This document shows, in pieces, positions 29,562-38,375 of a stretch of 61,785 bases of DNA. Source of the DNA: Candidatus Gastranaerophilales bacterium (GTDB lineage: Bacteria; Cyanobacteriota; Vampirovibrionia; Gastranaerophilales; Gastranaerophilaceae); contig CALUVJ010000001.1 in the NCBI GenBank assembly GCA_944324195.1, forward strand, positions 1 to 61,785, written 5' to 3'. The position numbers and the translations under genes were made by a program. Below the pieces are notes generated by a model. It was not told the origin of the DNA and ran no database searches. It was given only the letters and a program-made list of their open reading frames with translations. Each line of letters begins with the position of its first letter. Position 1 is the first letter of the stretch.

Positions 29562-29713
29562 CGTCATTGCGAGCGCAGCGAAGCAATCCAGCGCCCCCTC
29601 ACCCGAATTTCTAAGCTCGCACAGCTCGCAAAGAAATTCTTCCCTCTCCCGGGGTAAATGAAATCAGGTTTGATGTAAAATTACAAGCCGTACGCAAGCT
29701 GAGGGGCGAGGGG
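29562..29713. repeat. CGTC-type REP followed by an expanded CCCTC-type unit
   Basis: CGTCATTGCGAGCGCAGCGAAGCAATCCA; CCCCCTCACCC[hairpin]TCCCTCTCCC[insert]GGGGCGAGGGG. Confidence 0.8.
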
Positions 29714-29750
29714 AAAATACCAACCAGCCTTATATATTTACCCCTGTCCG

Positions 29751-30842
29751 TTAGTTAATAAACATGCAGTCACCGTAGCTGTAGAAGCGGTATTTTTCTT
29801 TAATAGCTTCTGCATAAGCTTCAAAAATAAAATCTTTGCCTGCTAAAGCACTTACCAGCATAAGAAGTGTTGATTTCGGCAGGTGAAAATTTGTAATAAG
29901 TTTATCTATAACTTTAAACTCATAAGGGGGGTAAATAAATAATTCGGAAGCGCCTTTGCAGGCCTTAATTTCTCCAAACATTTTGTATGCGCTCTCTAAA
30001 GTTCTTACAGTCGTTGTACCGACTGCAACAAGTTTTTTGCCTTCGGCCTTTGCTTTATTAATTAAATCCGCCGTTTCCTGTTTTATCTCAAACGTTTCTG
30101 AATCCATGTGATGTTCAAGGATGTTGTCACATTTAACAGGCCTAAATGTTCCGATTCCGACATTCAAAGTTACATAACCGATTTGAACACCTTTATCTTC
30201 AAGCTTCTTCAAGATATCCTGCGTAAAATGTAATCCGGCAGTCGGGGCTGCTACAGAGCCTTCTTTTTGAGCATAAACGGTCTGGTACCTTTCAAAATCC
30301 AGTTTTTTAAGTTCTTCATTAGACATTTTGCGTTCAATATAAGGCGGAAGCGGTATATTTCCAACTTTATGAAGAATTTCAAAAATATCGCCTTCATACA
30401 TCATTTGCACAAGCCATTTTCCGTCATCGGGAAGCGGCATTTTAACTTCGCAGGAAAGCTCATCGGATATTTTTATCACAGTTCCAACCCTTACACGTTT
30501 TGAAGGTCTGATTAAGACTTCCCAGGGGTAAATATTTTGGGGGTAAATATCATTTTTTCCTTTTACCCCTTCTGCGTAGTCCGGTCTTTGCTTTAAAAGA
30601 AAGACTTCAATTTTTGCACCGGTATCTTTATAACCGTATAATCTTGCAGGTATAACTTTTGTGTTATTGAGAATCAAAATATGATTTTCATCTAACAAAT
30701 CAACAATATCGTAAAAATGTTTATTCAGAATTTCGTGTTTGTCACGATTTAAAACCATCATACGCGAATTTTCGCGCTTATCGCTCGGACGCTGCGCTAT
30801 TAATTCTTCCGGTAGAGTATAATCAAAATCTGATAATAACAT
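29751..30842 (-). CDS. queA: S-adenosylmethionine:tRNA ribosyltransferase-isomerase
   Basis: DFDYTLPEELIAQ, NNTKVIPAR, PLPPYI, YQTVYA, AAPTAGLHF, TNFHLPKS, YRFYSYGD. Confidence 0.99.
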   Translation of the reverse strand: MLLSDFDYTLPEELIAQRPSDKRENSRMMVLNRDKHEILNKHFYDIVDLLDENHILILNNTKVIPARLYGYKDTGAKIEVFLLKQRPDYAEGVKGKNDIYPQNIYPWEVLIRPSKRVRVGTVIKISDELSCEVKMPLPDDGKWLVQMMYEGDIFEILHKVGNIPLPPYIERKMSNEELKKLDFERYQTVYAQKEGSVAAPTAGLHFTQDILKKLEDKGVQIGYVTLNVGIGTFRPVKCDNILEHHMDSETFEIKQETADLINKAKAEGKKLVAVGTTTVRTLESAYKMFGEIKACKGASELFIYPPYEFKVIDKLITNFHLPKSTLLMLVSALAGKDFIFEAYAEAIKEKYRFYSYGDCMFIN

Positions 30843-30979
30843 TAGTTCCTCTCAATTAATCCGTATTATAACATAAACAATTTAAACTGTAGTATTACTA
30901 CTTATTTAAAAGAGATATCACCTATTTACTAATACATTTCACTTTCTGATAAAAATACAATTTTATCAGAGAGGGTTTT

Positions 30980-33088
30980 ATGTCGTTCAGGAAAAAATTA
31001 TTATCCTTAGTTTTATCATTTTTTCTTGTATTCAATAGCTTACCGGCTTTTGCCAAAGCTCAACAAGCAGTAGCGCAAGCTGTTCAAGCGGAATCCAGCC
31101 GTTATCCCGATTATGCGAAAATGTATGTCGGTGAAGATAAGTATGAAAAGTTTAACCGCAAAATGTTTAATTTAAACAGAGGGCTGAATAAATACATAGC
31201 CCGTCCTGTCCATATACTCTGGTCGTCTATTATGCCAAAGTACGGAATAGAAAGAATTCGAGACGCTTATAACAATATTGAGTACCCTAAACGTCTTGCA
31301 AGCTGCCTTGTGCAGAGAGACGGAGAGGGATTAAAAAGAGAAACCGTAAGATTTTTTACAAATACAACGCTCGGACTCGGCGGCTTGTTTGATCCTGCTG
31401 ATAAAATTTTTAAGATAAAACCTACAAATGAGAATATGGAACAGGCACTTTGCAAATGCAAGATGTGTTCAGGACATTATATGGTAATTCCCGTACTGAA
31501 TGCCTGCACTCCGAGATCATTATGCGGAAGGATTCTTGAAGCAGCACTCGATCCTTCCGTGTATCTTGCAACGCCGATTACCTCCATTGTGAAATTCGGG
31601 TTAATGGTAAACCGTACTTCTTATATGCAGCCGCTTGCAAAAATGATTGAGTCAACTTATGCAGATCCGTATGATATCCAGAAAAAACTATACGGGATGG
31701 AAAATTATATAAAAAATTCCAATCTGGACAGGACGGATTTACTTGCTGAAGAAGAGGTTAAACTGCCGGAATTTCCGAATGCTATTCAGGAAGAAATTAT
31801 GGTTCAGGTAGAATTGTTATCGGAGAATGAACTTGAAAAACTTGCGTTCGAAGAAGGGGAAACAACAGGCAGTGCTGCTAATATTGAGGAATTAGAAATT
31901 ATTAAAAAACCTGATGTAAATGCCGATATCATGCTTGAAGGATATAATCCGCAATCTCCGGTTGTTGATTCAATGAGAACGGCGCTTTTTGATAATCCCG
32001 AGATTTATAAATCTATCTGGAATGAGCTTTCTATCTGGAACAGAAGTTTTGCTAAAAGAATAAAAACCGCATCTGTAAACATTGCGCCTGATAGGGCGGA
32101 TTATAAATTCAGATATATTTTACAGAAAGACAGAAATGCTCCTCTTGTTATTTTGTATCCTTCAATAGGTGAGGGTGCAAATAATCATCATTCTGTCGTT
32201 TTTGCCAAACTCTTTTATGATGAAGGTTTTTCCGTGGTTATGCAGGGAAGCCACTTTCACTGGGAGTTTGTAAAAAGCATGCCGGACGGATTTTGTCCGG
32301 GGGTGCCGGGAGATGATATTATCTATATAAAACTTGTGACATCAAAAATTCTTGATACTCTTAAAGAAAAATACGATTGTGAATTTAGTGACAAAATTGT
32401 AGTAGGGACGTCTTTCGGGGCTATGGCTTCGCTTTTTCTGGCTGAGAGTGAAAGTAAGGAAAATACTCTCGGGATAAATAAATTTATTGCAATCTCGCCG
32501 CCTGTTGAACTTTTGTACGCACTTGAACAATTGGACAAAAATAGTGATGAATTTGACAAAAATTCACCTGATGTGAAACATAAAACCGCCGTAACCGCAG
32601 CAAAAATTCTGCAGCTTTATCAACAGAAGGATGCACCGGATTTCAGAATAGATACACTTCCATTCACGGAAGAGGAAGGAAAACTCATTACTACATTTAT
32701 TTTGAGACAAAAGTTATCGGATTTGATTTTTGCGATAGAAAATATTGCAACCGGCAAAAAGACTGATTTTTATGAAAAATTTAATAATATGAATTACAGA
32801 GATTATGCGGAAAAATATCTTTTGAAGGGCGGATTGCTGACTCTCGAGGATTTCCGGTACGAGACAAGTCTGTATTCACTGGCGGATTATCTTTCCAGAA
32901 ACAATAATTACAGTATTTATCATTCAATGGACGATTATTTAATTAACGGCGAGCAGCTTTCAAGGCTTAAAATCTTTGCCGGCAAACACCTAATTTGCCT
33001 GAGTAACGGTGCTCATTTGGGTTTTATGTACAGACCCGAATTTCTGGATATGCTTAAAAAAGAGGTTGAGGAAGAAAAAGCGCGGTAG
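30980..33088 (+). CDS. MlaA/VacJ-domain protein fused to an alpha/beta-hydrolase
   Basis: D.YEKFNRKMF, RFFTNTTLGLGGLFD, DPY (MlaA); C-half GTSFG, HSMDD, GAHLG. Confidence 0.88.
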   Translation: MSFRKKLLSLVLSFFLVFNSLPAFAKAQQAVAQAVQAESSRYPDYAKMYVGEDKYEKFNRKMFNLNRGLNKYIARPVHILWSSIMPKYGIERIRDAYNNIEYPKRLASCLVQRDGEGLKRETVRFFTNTTLGLGGLFDPADKIFKIKPTNENMEQALCKCKMCSGHYMVIPVLNACTPRSLCGRILEAALDPSVYLATPITSIVKFGLMVNRTSYMQPLAKMIESTYADPYDIQKKLYGMENYIKNSNLDRTDLLAEEEVKLPEFPNAIQEEIMVQVELLSENELEKLAFEEGETTGSAANIEELEIIKKPDVNADIMLEGYNPQSPVVDSMRTALFDNPEIYKSIWNELSIWNRSFAKRIKTASVNIAPDRADYKFRYILQKDRNAPLVILYPSIGEGANNHHSVVFAKLFYDEGFSVVMQGSHFHWEFVKSMPDGFCPGVPGDDIIYIKLVTSKILDTLKEKYDCEFSDKIVVGTSFGAMASLFLAESESKENTLGINKFIAISPPVELLYALEQLDKNSDEFDKNSPDVKHKTAVTAAKILQLYQQKDAPDFRIDTLPFTEEEGKLITTFILRQKLSDLIFAIENIATGKKTDFYEKFNNMNYRDYAEKYLLKGGLLTLEDFRYETSLYSLADYLSRNNNYSIYHSMDDYLINGEQLSRLKIFAGKHLICLSNGAHLGFMYRPEFLDMLKKEVEEEKAR

Positions 33089-33100
33089 TATAATTCAGGT

Positions 33101-33445
33101 ATGAACGGCGATATTTTTGAGAGATTGGCTAAATCAACATTTAGAAGCAGATTTAAGCTTAAAGAAAAAGAAAAACAGTATATTAAAGAAAAAGGAATTG
33201 ATAAAATCCATTCGCATGCAGAGGATTTTATCTCCAAAAGACTTGCGCCCGCTGATATTCCAAAAGACGGGAAACAAACTCCGATGCGGGGGCATCCTGT
33301 CTTTATTGCCCAGCACGCTACTGCAACCTGCTGCAGAGGATGCCTGGAGAAGTGGCATAAAATTCCTAAAGGAAGAGAACTTACGCAGGCAGAGCAAAAA
33401 TACGCGGTCGATATTATTATGGAATGGATAAACAGACAAAATTAA
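33101..33445 (+). CDS. DUF4186 family protein
   Basis: FRSRFKL, DGKQTPMRGHPVFIAQHATATCCRGCLEKWH. Confidence 0.93.
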   Translation: MNGDIFERLAKSTFRSRFKLKEKEKQYIKEKGIDKIHSHAEDFISKRLAPADIPKDGKQTPMRGHPVFIAQHATATCCRGCLEKWHKIPKGRELTQAEQKYAVDIIMEWINRQN

Positions 33446-33873
33446 AGAGGTTTCTTTCCAAGCTTAATCACGTTATTTTTGATTTTCATATACCTTTCGC
33501 ACTGCTTAACTCTGTCATATCCGAGCATAATCCCCAGCATAAAATCCTGCTCCGGAGTAAGTTCGTTCAACCTTGGACTAAAGGTTCTCACTACATCAAC
33601 ACATTCTTTTGTGCCGAAATACACATTAATCTTGTTAGAGTCCACATCATGGATTAAATAATCAATATTCTCTTTTTTCAGCTTATTTGCAATATTTTCT
33701 TTGTACTTGGATTTTTCAGTCGTTAAAATAAGATTTCTAATCCCTTTTTTAAACTCGTAAATATGGTGGTGAAAAACTCTCAAATCGGCAATTTCTGTCA
33801 AAGAAGCCGCATTTTTCCCCCGATAAACGGGATTCGCACCGCTCTGGTACATAATAACTTTTGGAACAAACAT
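33442..33873 (-). CDS. DUF2023 family protein
   Basis: HHIYEFKKGIRNLIL.T, NVYFG..EC, LTPEQDFMLGIMLGYD..KQCERY; start at ATG 33873 (GAGGAG upstream). Confidence 0.9.
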   Translation of the reverse strand: MFVPKVIMYQSGANPVYRGKNAASLTEIADLRVFHHHIYEFKKGIRNLILTTEKSKYKENIANKLKKENIDYLIHDVDSNKINVYFGTKECVDVVRTFSPRLNELTPEQDFMLGIMLGYDRVKQCERYMKIKNNVIKLGKKPL

Positions 33874-33894
33874 AATTACTCCTCTTAAAAAAAT

Positions 33895-33948
33895 GTTAGG
33901 ATATTCTAACTTTAATATTATATTAAACCATGTTTGCCATTCTGTCAA
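33895..33948 (-). promoter_or_regulatory. Sigma70-type promoter with downstream palindromic operator for the DUF2023 gene
   Basis: Minus strand TTGACA (33948-33943)-17 nt-TAATAT (33925-33920); GTTAG-N6-CTAAC at 33895-33910. Confidence 0.65.
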
Positions 33949-34041
33949 AGGGGGGGGGAATATTATATTCGTCAGATATTTTATTAAAGAATAGAACGAC
34001 AGCGCACGTTCCCTCTCCAGCGGGGAGGGTTAGGGAGGGGG

Positions 34042-34386
34042 TTAATCAATTATTCCAAATTCTTTTTGTAATCTTTTGTAAACCCCATCTATATTATTTG
34101 TAACATCATTATTCCAAAACCTTACCACTTTATATCCTTTTGATTCTAAATAAATTGTTCTTTCTGCGTCTGCCAGGATGTTGTCCGGTGAATTATGCTG
34201 ACCGCCGTCAAGTTCTATTATGATTTTTTTCTTTCTGCAGACAAAATCCACAATGTATTTGCCAATTGGGGATTGGCGTCTTATTTCATAGCCGTAAAAT
34301 TGATGATTTCTAAATAGCTGCCATAGTATTTTTTCTTGTGGTGTTAGATTTTTTCGGAGTTTTCTTGCAAGATCAATATTGTTCAT
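34042..34386 (-). CDS. DUF559 (Vsr-like, restriction-endonuclease fold) endonuclease domain protein
   Basis: ARKLR..T..E..LW, RRQ.PIG.YIVDF, IELDGGQH, D..R...L...G..V.RFWN all intact. Confidence 0.95.
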   Translation of the reverse strand: MNNIDLARKLRKNLTPQEKILWQLFRNHQFYGYEIRRQSPIGKYIVDFVCRKKKIIIELDGGQHNSPDNILADAERTIYLESKGYKVVRFWNNDVTNNIDGVYKRLQKEFGIID

Positions 34387-34415
34387 GAGTTAATTTTAGC
34401 ATAATTATATTAATA

Positions 34416-34706
34416 TTCCCCCCTCCCTAACCCTCCCCGCTGGAGAGGGAACGCGCGCGGTCGTTCTAGTCTTTATTTCCCCCTCCCTAGCCCTCCCCGC
34501 TGGAGAGGGAACGCGCGCGGTCGTTCTAGTCTTTATTTCCCCTTCCCTAGCCCTCCCCGCTGGAGAGGGAACGCACGCTGTCGTTCTAGTCTTTATCCCC
34601 CCTCCCTAACCCTCCCCGCTGGAGAGGGAACGCGCGCGGTCGTTCTAGTCTTTATTTCCCCTTTCCTAGCCCTCCCCGCTGGAGAGGGGACGCGTGCGGT
34701 CGTTCT
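34416..34706 (+). repeat. Tandem array of five ~60-bp GC-rich units
   Basis: TTCCCCCTCCCTA(A/G)CCCTCCCCGCTGGAGAGGGAACGCGCGCGGTCGTTCTAGTCTTTAT, period 60/60/59/60, few substitutions, no unique spacers. Confidence 0.98.
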
Positions 34707-34721
34707 TTGAAATGCAAAAAA

Positions 34722-34755
34722 AATATCATGTCAGGCATTTGCCTGACATGATATT
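34722..34755 (-). terminator. Terminator of the M16 peptidase gene; core matches a GTAG-type REP
   Basis: AATATCATGTCAGGCA-tt-TGCCTGACATGATATT with an A-tract on the left; core resembles 28011-28028. Confidence 0.85.
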
Positions 34756-34768
34756 AGAAATAAAAAGA

Positions 34769-37339
34769 TCATTTAACGTATGATTGAATAATATTGTTAT
34801 TAAAATACTTGTTCGCAACGCTTATAATATCAGAGGCTGTAACTTCATCAATCATTTTGATGTATTCATTCAAGAAATCATACCCGAATCCGTAAGTCTC
34901 AAATATTCCGATATTTGATGCCTTTTCCGCATTTGTTTCCATCGCAATAATGAAACTACCTTTGAGCCTGTCTTTAGCGTCCTGTAACTCTGTATCGGAT
35001 ACAAATTCCATCTTCAATCTTTCGATTTCTTTGAGAATCTTTTCTCTGGAGTAGTCAAGCGTATCCGGATTTGTACCGATATAGGCAAAGAATGTTCCCG
35101 CAAGCATTTGCGGAGAGTAGCTCGAGCCTAACTGGTAAGCGAGTCCGTCCTGTTCTCTAAGGTTCTTAAAGAGTCTGGAGCTCATGCCGGAGCCGAGAAT
35201 TGTGTTCATAACTTTTAATGTTACAAAGTCTTTTTTATTCTGAACACCTGAAGTCTGCCAGCCGAGAAACAGCCATGAAGTTTTTAAGTCTTTAATGGTT
35301 TGCGACGCTGTTTTGGGCTCGGTTGCTTTTGTAACCTTGTAGTTTGCATAATTTACTGCAGGAGCCTTTTTGTCTTTCAAGATAGAGCCGAATTCCGTAA
35401 TCATTTTTTGCGGGTCTACATTACCGTTGATTGATACTATAACATTTTTTGAGTCCAAAACTTTGTTATAATACTTAACTATATCCTCTTTTTGAATTGT
35501 CGGGAGTGTTTTTTCTAAGATTTTGTTTGAATGAGAATAAACGCTTCCTTCAAAAATTATTGTCTTAAAGTTTTCCAGCGCAACATTCATCGGAACATCT
35601 CGTCTCTGGCGGATTTTGTTTAAAATCTCGGAACGTTTTTTCTCAATTTCATAATCATCGAAAGTGGCGTAATTCATGATTTCGTCCAAGATTTCCATTG
35701 TCTTATCAAGCTGTGCAGTGGTTGTCTGTACGTTAATTACAAAGAAATCTTCGCTACAGCCAGGCTCAATTATAATACCGTTTTCGTCCATAAGCTGTGC
35801 AAGCTCCTGAGCAGAGTATTTTTTCGTACCTTTAGTCATAACTGCAGCCGCTAAAGTCCCTTCGCCCGGAATGCTTTCCAGAAATTCTCCGCCCTTTGCA
35901 ATAATACTCATTGCAATGATATCGTTGTTTTGATTCTGGTTAACAAGCAGAGTTGAGCCGTTATCAACCTGATATTTGGTTACTCCGTTATGCTCGGAAA
36001 CCTTTGTTGCGGAATGAGATTTGATTTCCTTCACTTCATTTGCCCCTTCCATTGATTTTGGTAAAACAATAGAAACAGCGCTTTTATTAACTCCAAGATA
36101 TTTTTTTGCGGTATTTACAACCTGTTCGGCTGTAACCTGCTTAATTCCGTCCACATAAGTATCGTATAGTTCGGAACTGTTTGTTAGCGCCATAATATAG
36201 CCGAGTTCGGATGAAATATTAGAAGTGGATTCTCTTGAATAATAAGTATCCTGAACGATTATGTTTTTAGCTCTTTGGAGTTCTTCGTCAGTAATACCGT
36301 ATTTTTGTAAATTTGAAATCTCTTCAAAAATGCTTTTTTCAAGCTTTTCGAGACTTGTTGGAGTGAAGTTTGCGCTTATATAAAATATTCCGTCGTCTCT
36401 ATAGCTTCCGTTAGAAGCGGAAATTGAAAACGCAAGACCTTTTTGCTCTTTTATGTCCCTATATAGCCTTGAGGATTTGCCGCCCCCGAGAATTTCAGCC
36501 AGAACATCAAGTGCAAATGTCTCTTTGTCAGAAATATTTACTCCTCTGAAACCAATCATCATATATCCAGATTGCGTGTCTGTGTAATCGACTTTACGCT
36601 TCTGGCTCTGAAGCGGGCTTTCTTTTCTATAGTGTTTATTTACAGGCTTTTTATATTCCTGATTAAACGATTGCTGGATTTTTGCAACGGCTTTCTCAGG
36701 CTCCACATCACCTACGACAAGAGTTACCATATTAGATGGCGCATAGAAATTATTGAAATATTCAAGAATCTCCTCTCTTCTTATTGTTCCTATTATATCA
36801 GCAGAGCCGATAACTTTTCTCTTATAAGGATGTTTTGTATACATCATATCGTTTAAGTTATCAAAAACTTTTTGGGAAGGTGTATTGCCGTCTTTTGCAA
36901 TCTCTTCAAGTACAACTTTTCTTTCCTTTTCAAGTTCTTTTCTCGGAATCTGCGGATTGAGAAGCATGTCTGCGTGCAGTTCCATTGCCGTATCAAAGTA
37001 TTCGGAAGGAATTGTTATGTAATAATGAGTAAAGTCTTTGCTTGTTGCGGCGTTAACGATTGCGCCTTTTGATTCGAGAATCCTGTCAAAATCTCCTGTC
37101 GGGTGGGCTTTTGTACCTTTAAAGAAAAGGTGTTCTAAAAAGTGTGCAACACCGTTATTTGTGTCGTTTTCGTTGATAGAACCGGTCTTAATCCAGGTAT
37201 CTATCGTAACAATAGGGTTGTCTTTTATCGGATACACAACAACAGTCTGGCCGTTAGGAAGTTTTTGAACGGTGTATCCTGCAGCCCACGCGGCCGTTGT
37301 AAAAATTAATAAAGCAAAGATTATTAGTATTTTTCTCAT
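34769..37339 (-). CDS. Exported M16 (pitrilysin-family) zinc peptidase, two fused halves
   Basis: Signal peptide; HFLEH, NAATS.D.T.Y, ER.VVLEE; second half lacks HxxEH and has SSRLF..LRE..GLAY. Confidence 0.95.
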   Translation of the reverse strand: MRKILIIFALLIFTTAAWAAGYTVQKLPNGQTVVVYPIKDNPIVTIDTWIKTGSINENDTNNGVAHFLEHLFFKGTKAHPTGDFDRILESKGAIVNAATSKDFTHYYITIPSEYFDTAMELHADMLLNPQIPRKELEKERKVVLEEIAKDGNTPSQKVFDNLNDMMYTKHPYKRKVIGSADIIGTIRREEILEYFNNFYAPSNMVTLVVGDVEPEKAVAKIQQSFNQEYKKPVNKHYRKESPLQSQKRKVDYTDTQSGYMMIGFRGVNISDKETFALDVLAEILGGGKSSRLYRDIKEQKGLAFSISASNGSYRDDGIFYISANFTPTSLEKLEKSIFEEISNLQKYGITDEELQRAKNIIVQDTYYSRESTSNISSELGYIMALTNSSELYDTYVDGIKQVTAEQVVNTAKKYLGVNKSAVSIVLPKSMEGANEVKEIKSHSATKVSEHNGVTKYQVDNGSTLLVNQNQNNDIIAMSIIAKGGEFLESIPGEGTLAAAVMTKGTKKYSAQELAQLMDENGIIIEPGCSEDFFVINVQTTTAQLDKTMEILDEIMNYATFDDYEIEKKRSEILNKIRQRRDVPMNVALENFKTIIFEGSVYSHSNKILEKTLPTIQKEDIVKYYNKVLDSKNVIVSINGNVDPQKMITEFGSILKDKKAPAVNYANYKVTKATEPKTASQTIKDLKTSWLFLGWQTSGVQNKKDFVTLKVMNTILGSGMSSRLFKNLREQDGLAYQLGSSYSPQMLAGTFFAYIGTNPDTLDYSREKILKEIERLKMEFVSDTELQDAKDRLKGSFIIAMETNAEKASNIGIFETYGFGYDFLNEYIKMIDEVTASDIISVANKYFNNNIIQSYVK

Positions 37340-37421
37340 AAAATTCCCTCATCCCAAAGTTTCTATAAATATATAGTAATATATTCATGGAAGAATTTCC
37401 AGAGGTGATAGGGGCGTAATT

Positions 37422-37871
37422 TTATTTAGAATAATTCGCCGGAGTGTAAACGTATTTGTAAGTGTTTTTGGAAGTGTATTCTACCGGTATAACAACTCCT
37501 TCTTCCTCTGTTTGAACCTCTGCCTCTTGCGGAAGTTCGACTTTTTGAACTGCCGGATTTAAGGTCTCTTTATCCGGTTTAGGTGCAGCAGCTTTTTTAG
37601 GAGCTGCTTTAACTGCCTGTTTTTTTTGAGTAACTTTTGGTGCTGCAGCAGGTTTTGTCTCTTCTTTTACAGATTCTGCCTGTTTTTCACCGGTTGTTTG
37701 TATTGTCTCTTCGGCAGTTGTTTTTTCCTGTATTGTTTCCTGCTGAGTCGGAGAGTTTTTTTGTACAGGCTTTGCCGTTTTTTTATTTATGAAAACAAAT
37801 ATTAAAAATGCCACAACAAAAGCTAAAATAGCAGCCAGAAGAATTGTCAACAAAGTTCTTTTATTTTTCAT
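37422..37871 (-). CDS. Membrane-anchored low-complexity protein
   Basis: N-terminal TM helix, K/E/T/A/P-rich linker, short Tyr-rich tail; GAGGTG ribosome-binding site. Confidence 0.8.
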   Translation of the reverse strand: MKNKRTLLTILLAAILAFVVAFLIFVFINKKTAKPVQKNSPTQQETIQEKTTAEETIQTTGEKQAESVKEETKPAAAPKVTQKKQAVKAAPKKAAAPKPDKETLNPAVQKVELPQEAEVQTEEEGVVIPVEYTSKNTYKYVYTPANYSK

Positions 37872-37967
37872 TCAAACACCTCATATTACAATATTTTAAA
37901 TTATGTATTAATTTTTTGCAATCAACAACAAGTTGAGAAACCGAACAATATGTGTTAGTATTAATCT

Positions 37968-38375
37968 ATGGAAATTCTTGATTTAACATCATTTGAAAAA
38001 GCTCTTGCAAGCTTATTTGAGGTTATTAAAATCTATAACAGTGATAAAACAGATGCGATTACCCGTGATTCTATGATACAAAGATTTGAATATACTTATT
38101 CAATATCATTGAAAATGATTAAACGTTATTTCGCCGACGGAGCATTTGTATTTGAAAACATTGACGGCATGACATTTAATGAAATGATAAGACAGGCAAA
38201 TAAAATGGGACTTTTGCGTTCAAATCTTGAAAAATGGGACAATTACAGACAAAAAAGAAATTTAACCTCGCATACTTATGATGAAAAAATCGCTCAGGAA
38301 GTTGTATCAATTATTGAAGACTTTGCTCTTGAAGCAAAATATCTGCTGGAAAAATTAAAAGAGAAGCAAAAATGA
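37968..38375 (+). CDS. HEPN-domain protein (HI0074 nucleotidyltransferase substrate-binding family), putative toxin
   Basis: RDSMIQRFEYTY, RNLTSHTYDE (Rx4H). Confidence 0.93.
   Translation: MEILDLTSFEKALASLFEVIKIYNSDKTDAITRDSMIQRFEYTYSISLKMIKRYFADGAFVFENIDGMTFNEMIRQANKMGLLRSNLEKWDNYRQKRNLTSHTYDEKIAQEVVSIIEDFALEAKYLLEKLKEKQK

Larger units (their letters stand above)
33985..34706. mobile_element. Candidate REP-endonuclease element: DUF559 gene bracketed by inverted ~60-bp units, five-fold on one side
   Basis: One unit at 33985-34041 inverted relative to five tandem units at ~34416-34706; mobility is inferred only. Confidence 0.6.

Noticed and set aside
33117-33439. Alternative-frame ORFs over the DUF4186 gene
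   Set aside because: Only 33101-33445 carries the family motifs.
34416-34706. CRISPR array interpretation of the ~60-bp periodic array
   Set aside because: Whole units repeat with only point changes, so there are no unique spacers; no cas genes; an inverted copy lies across the adjacent gene.
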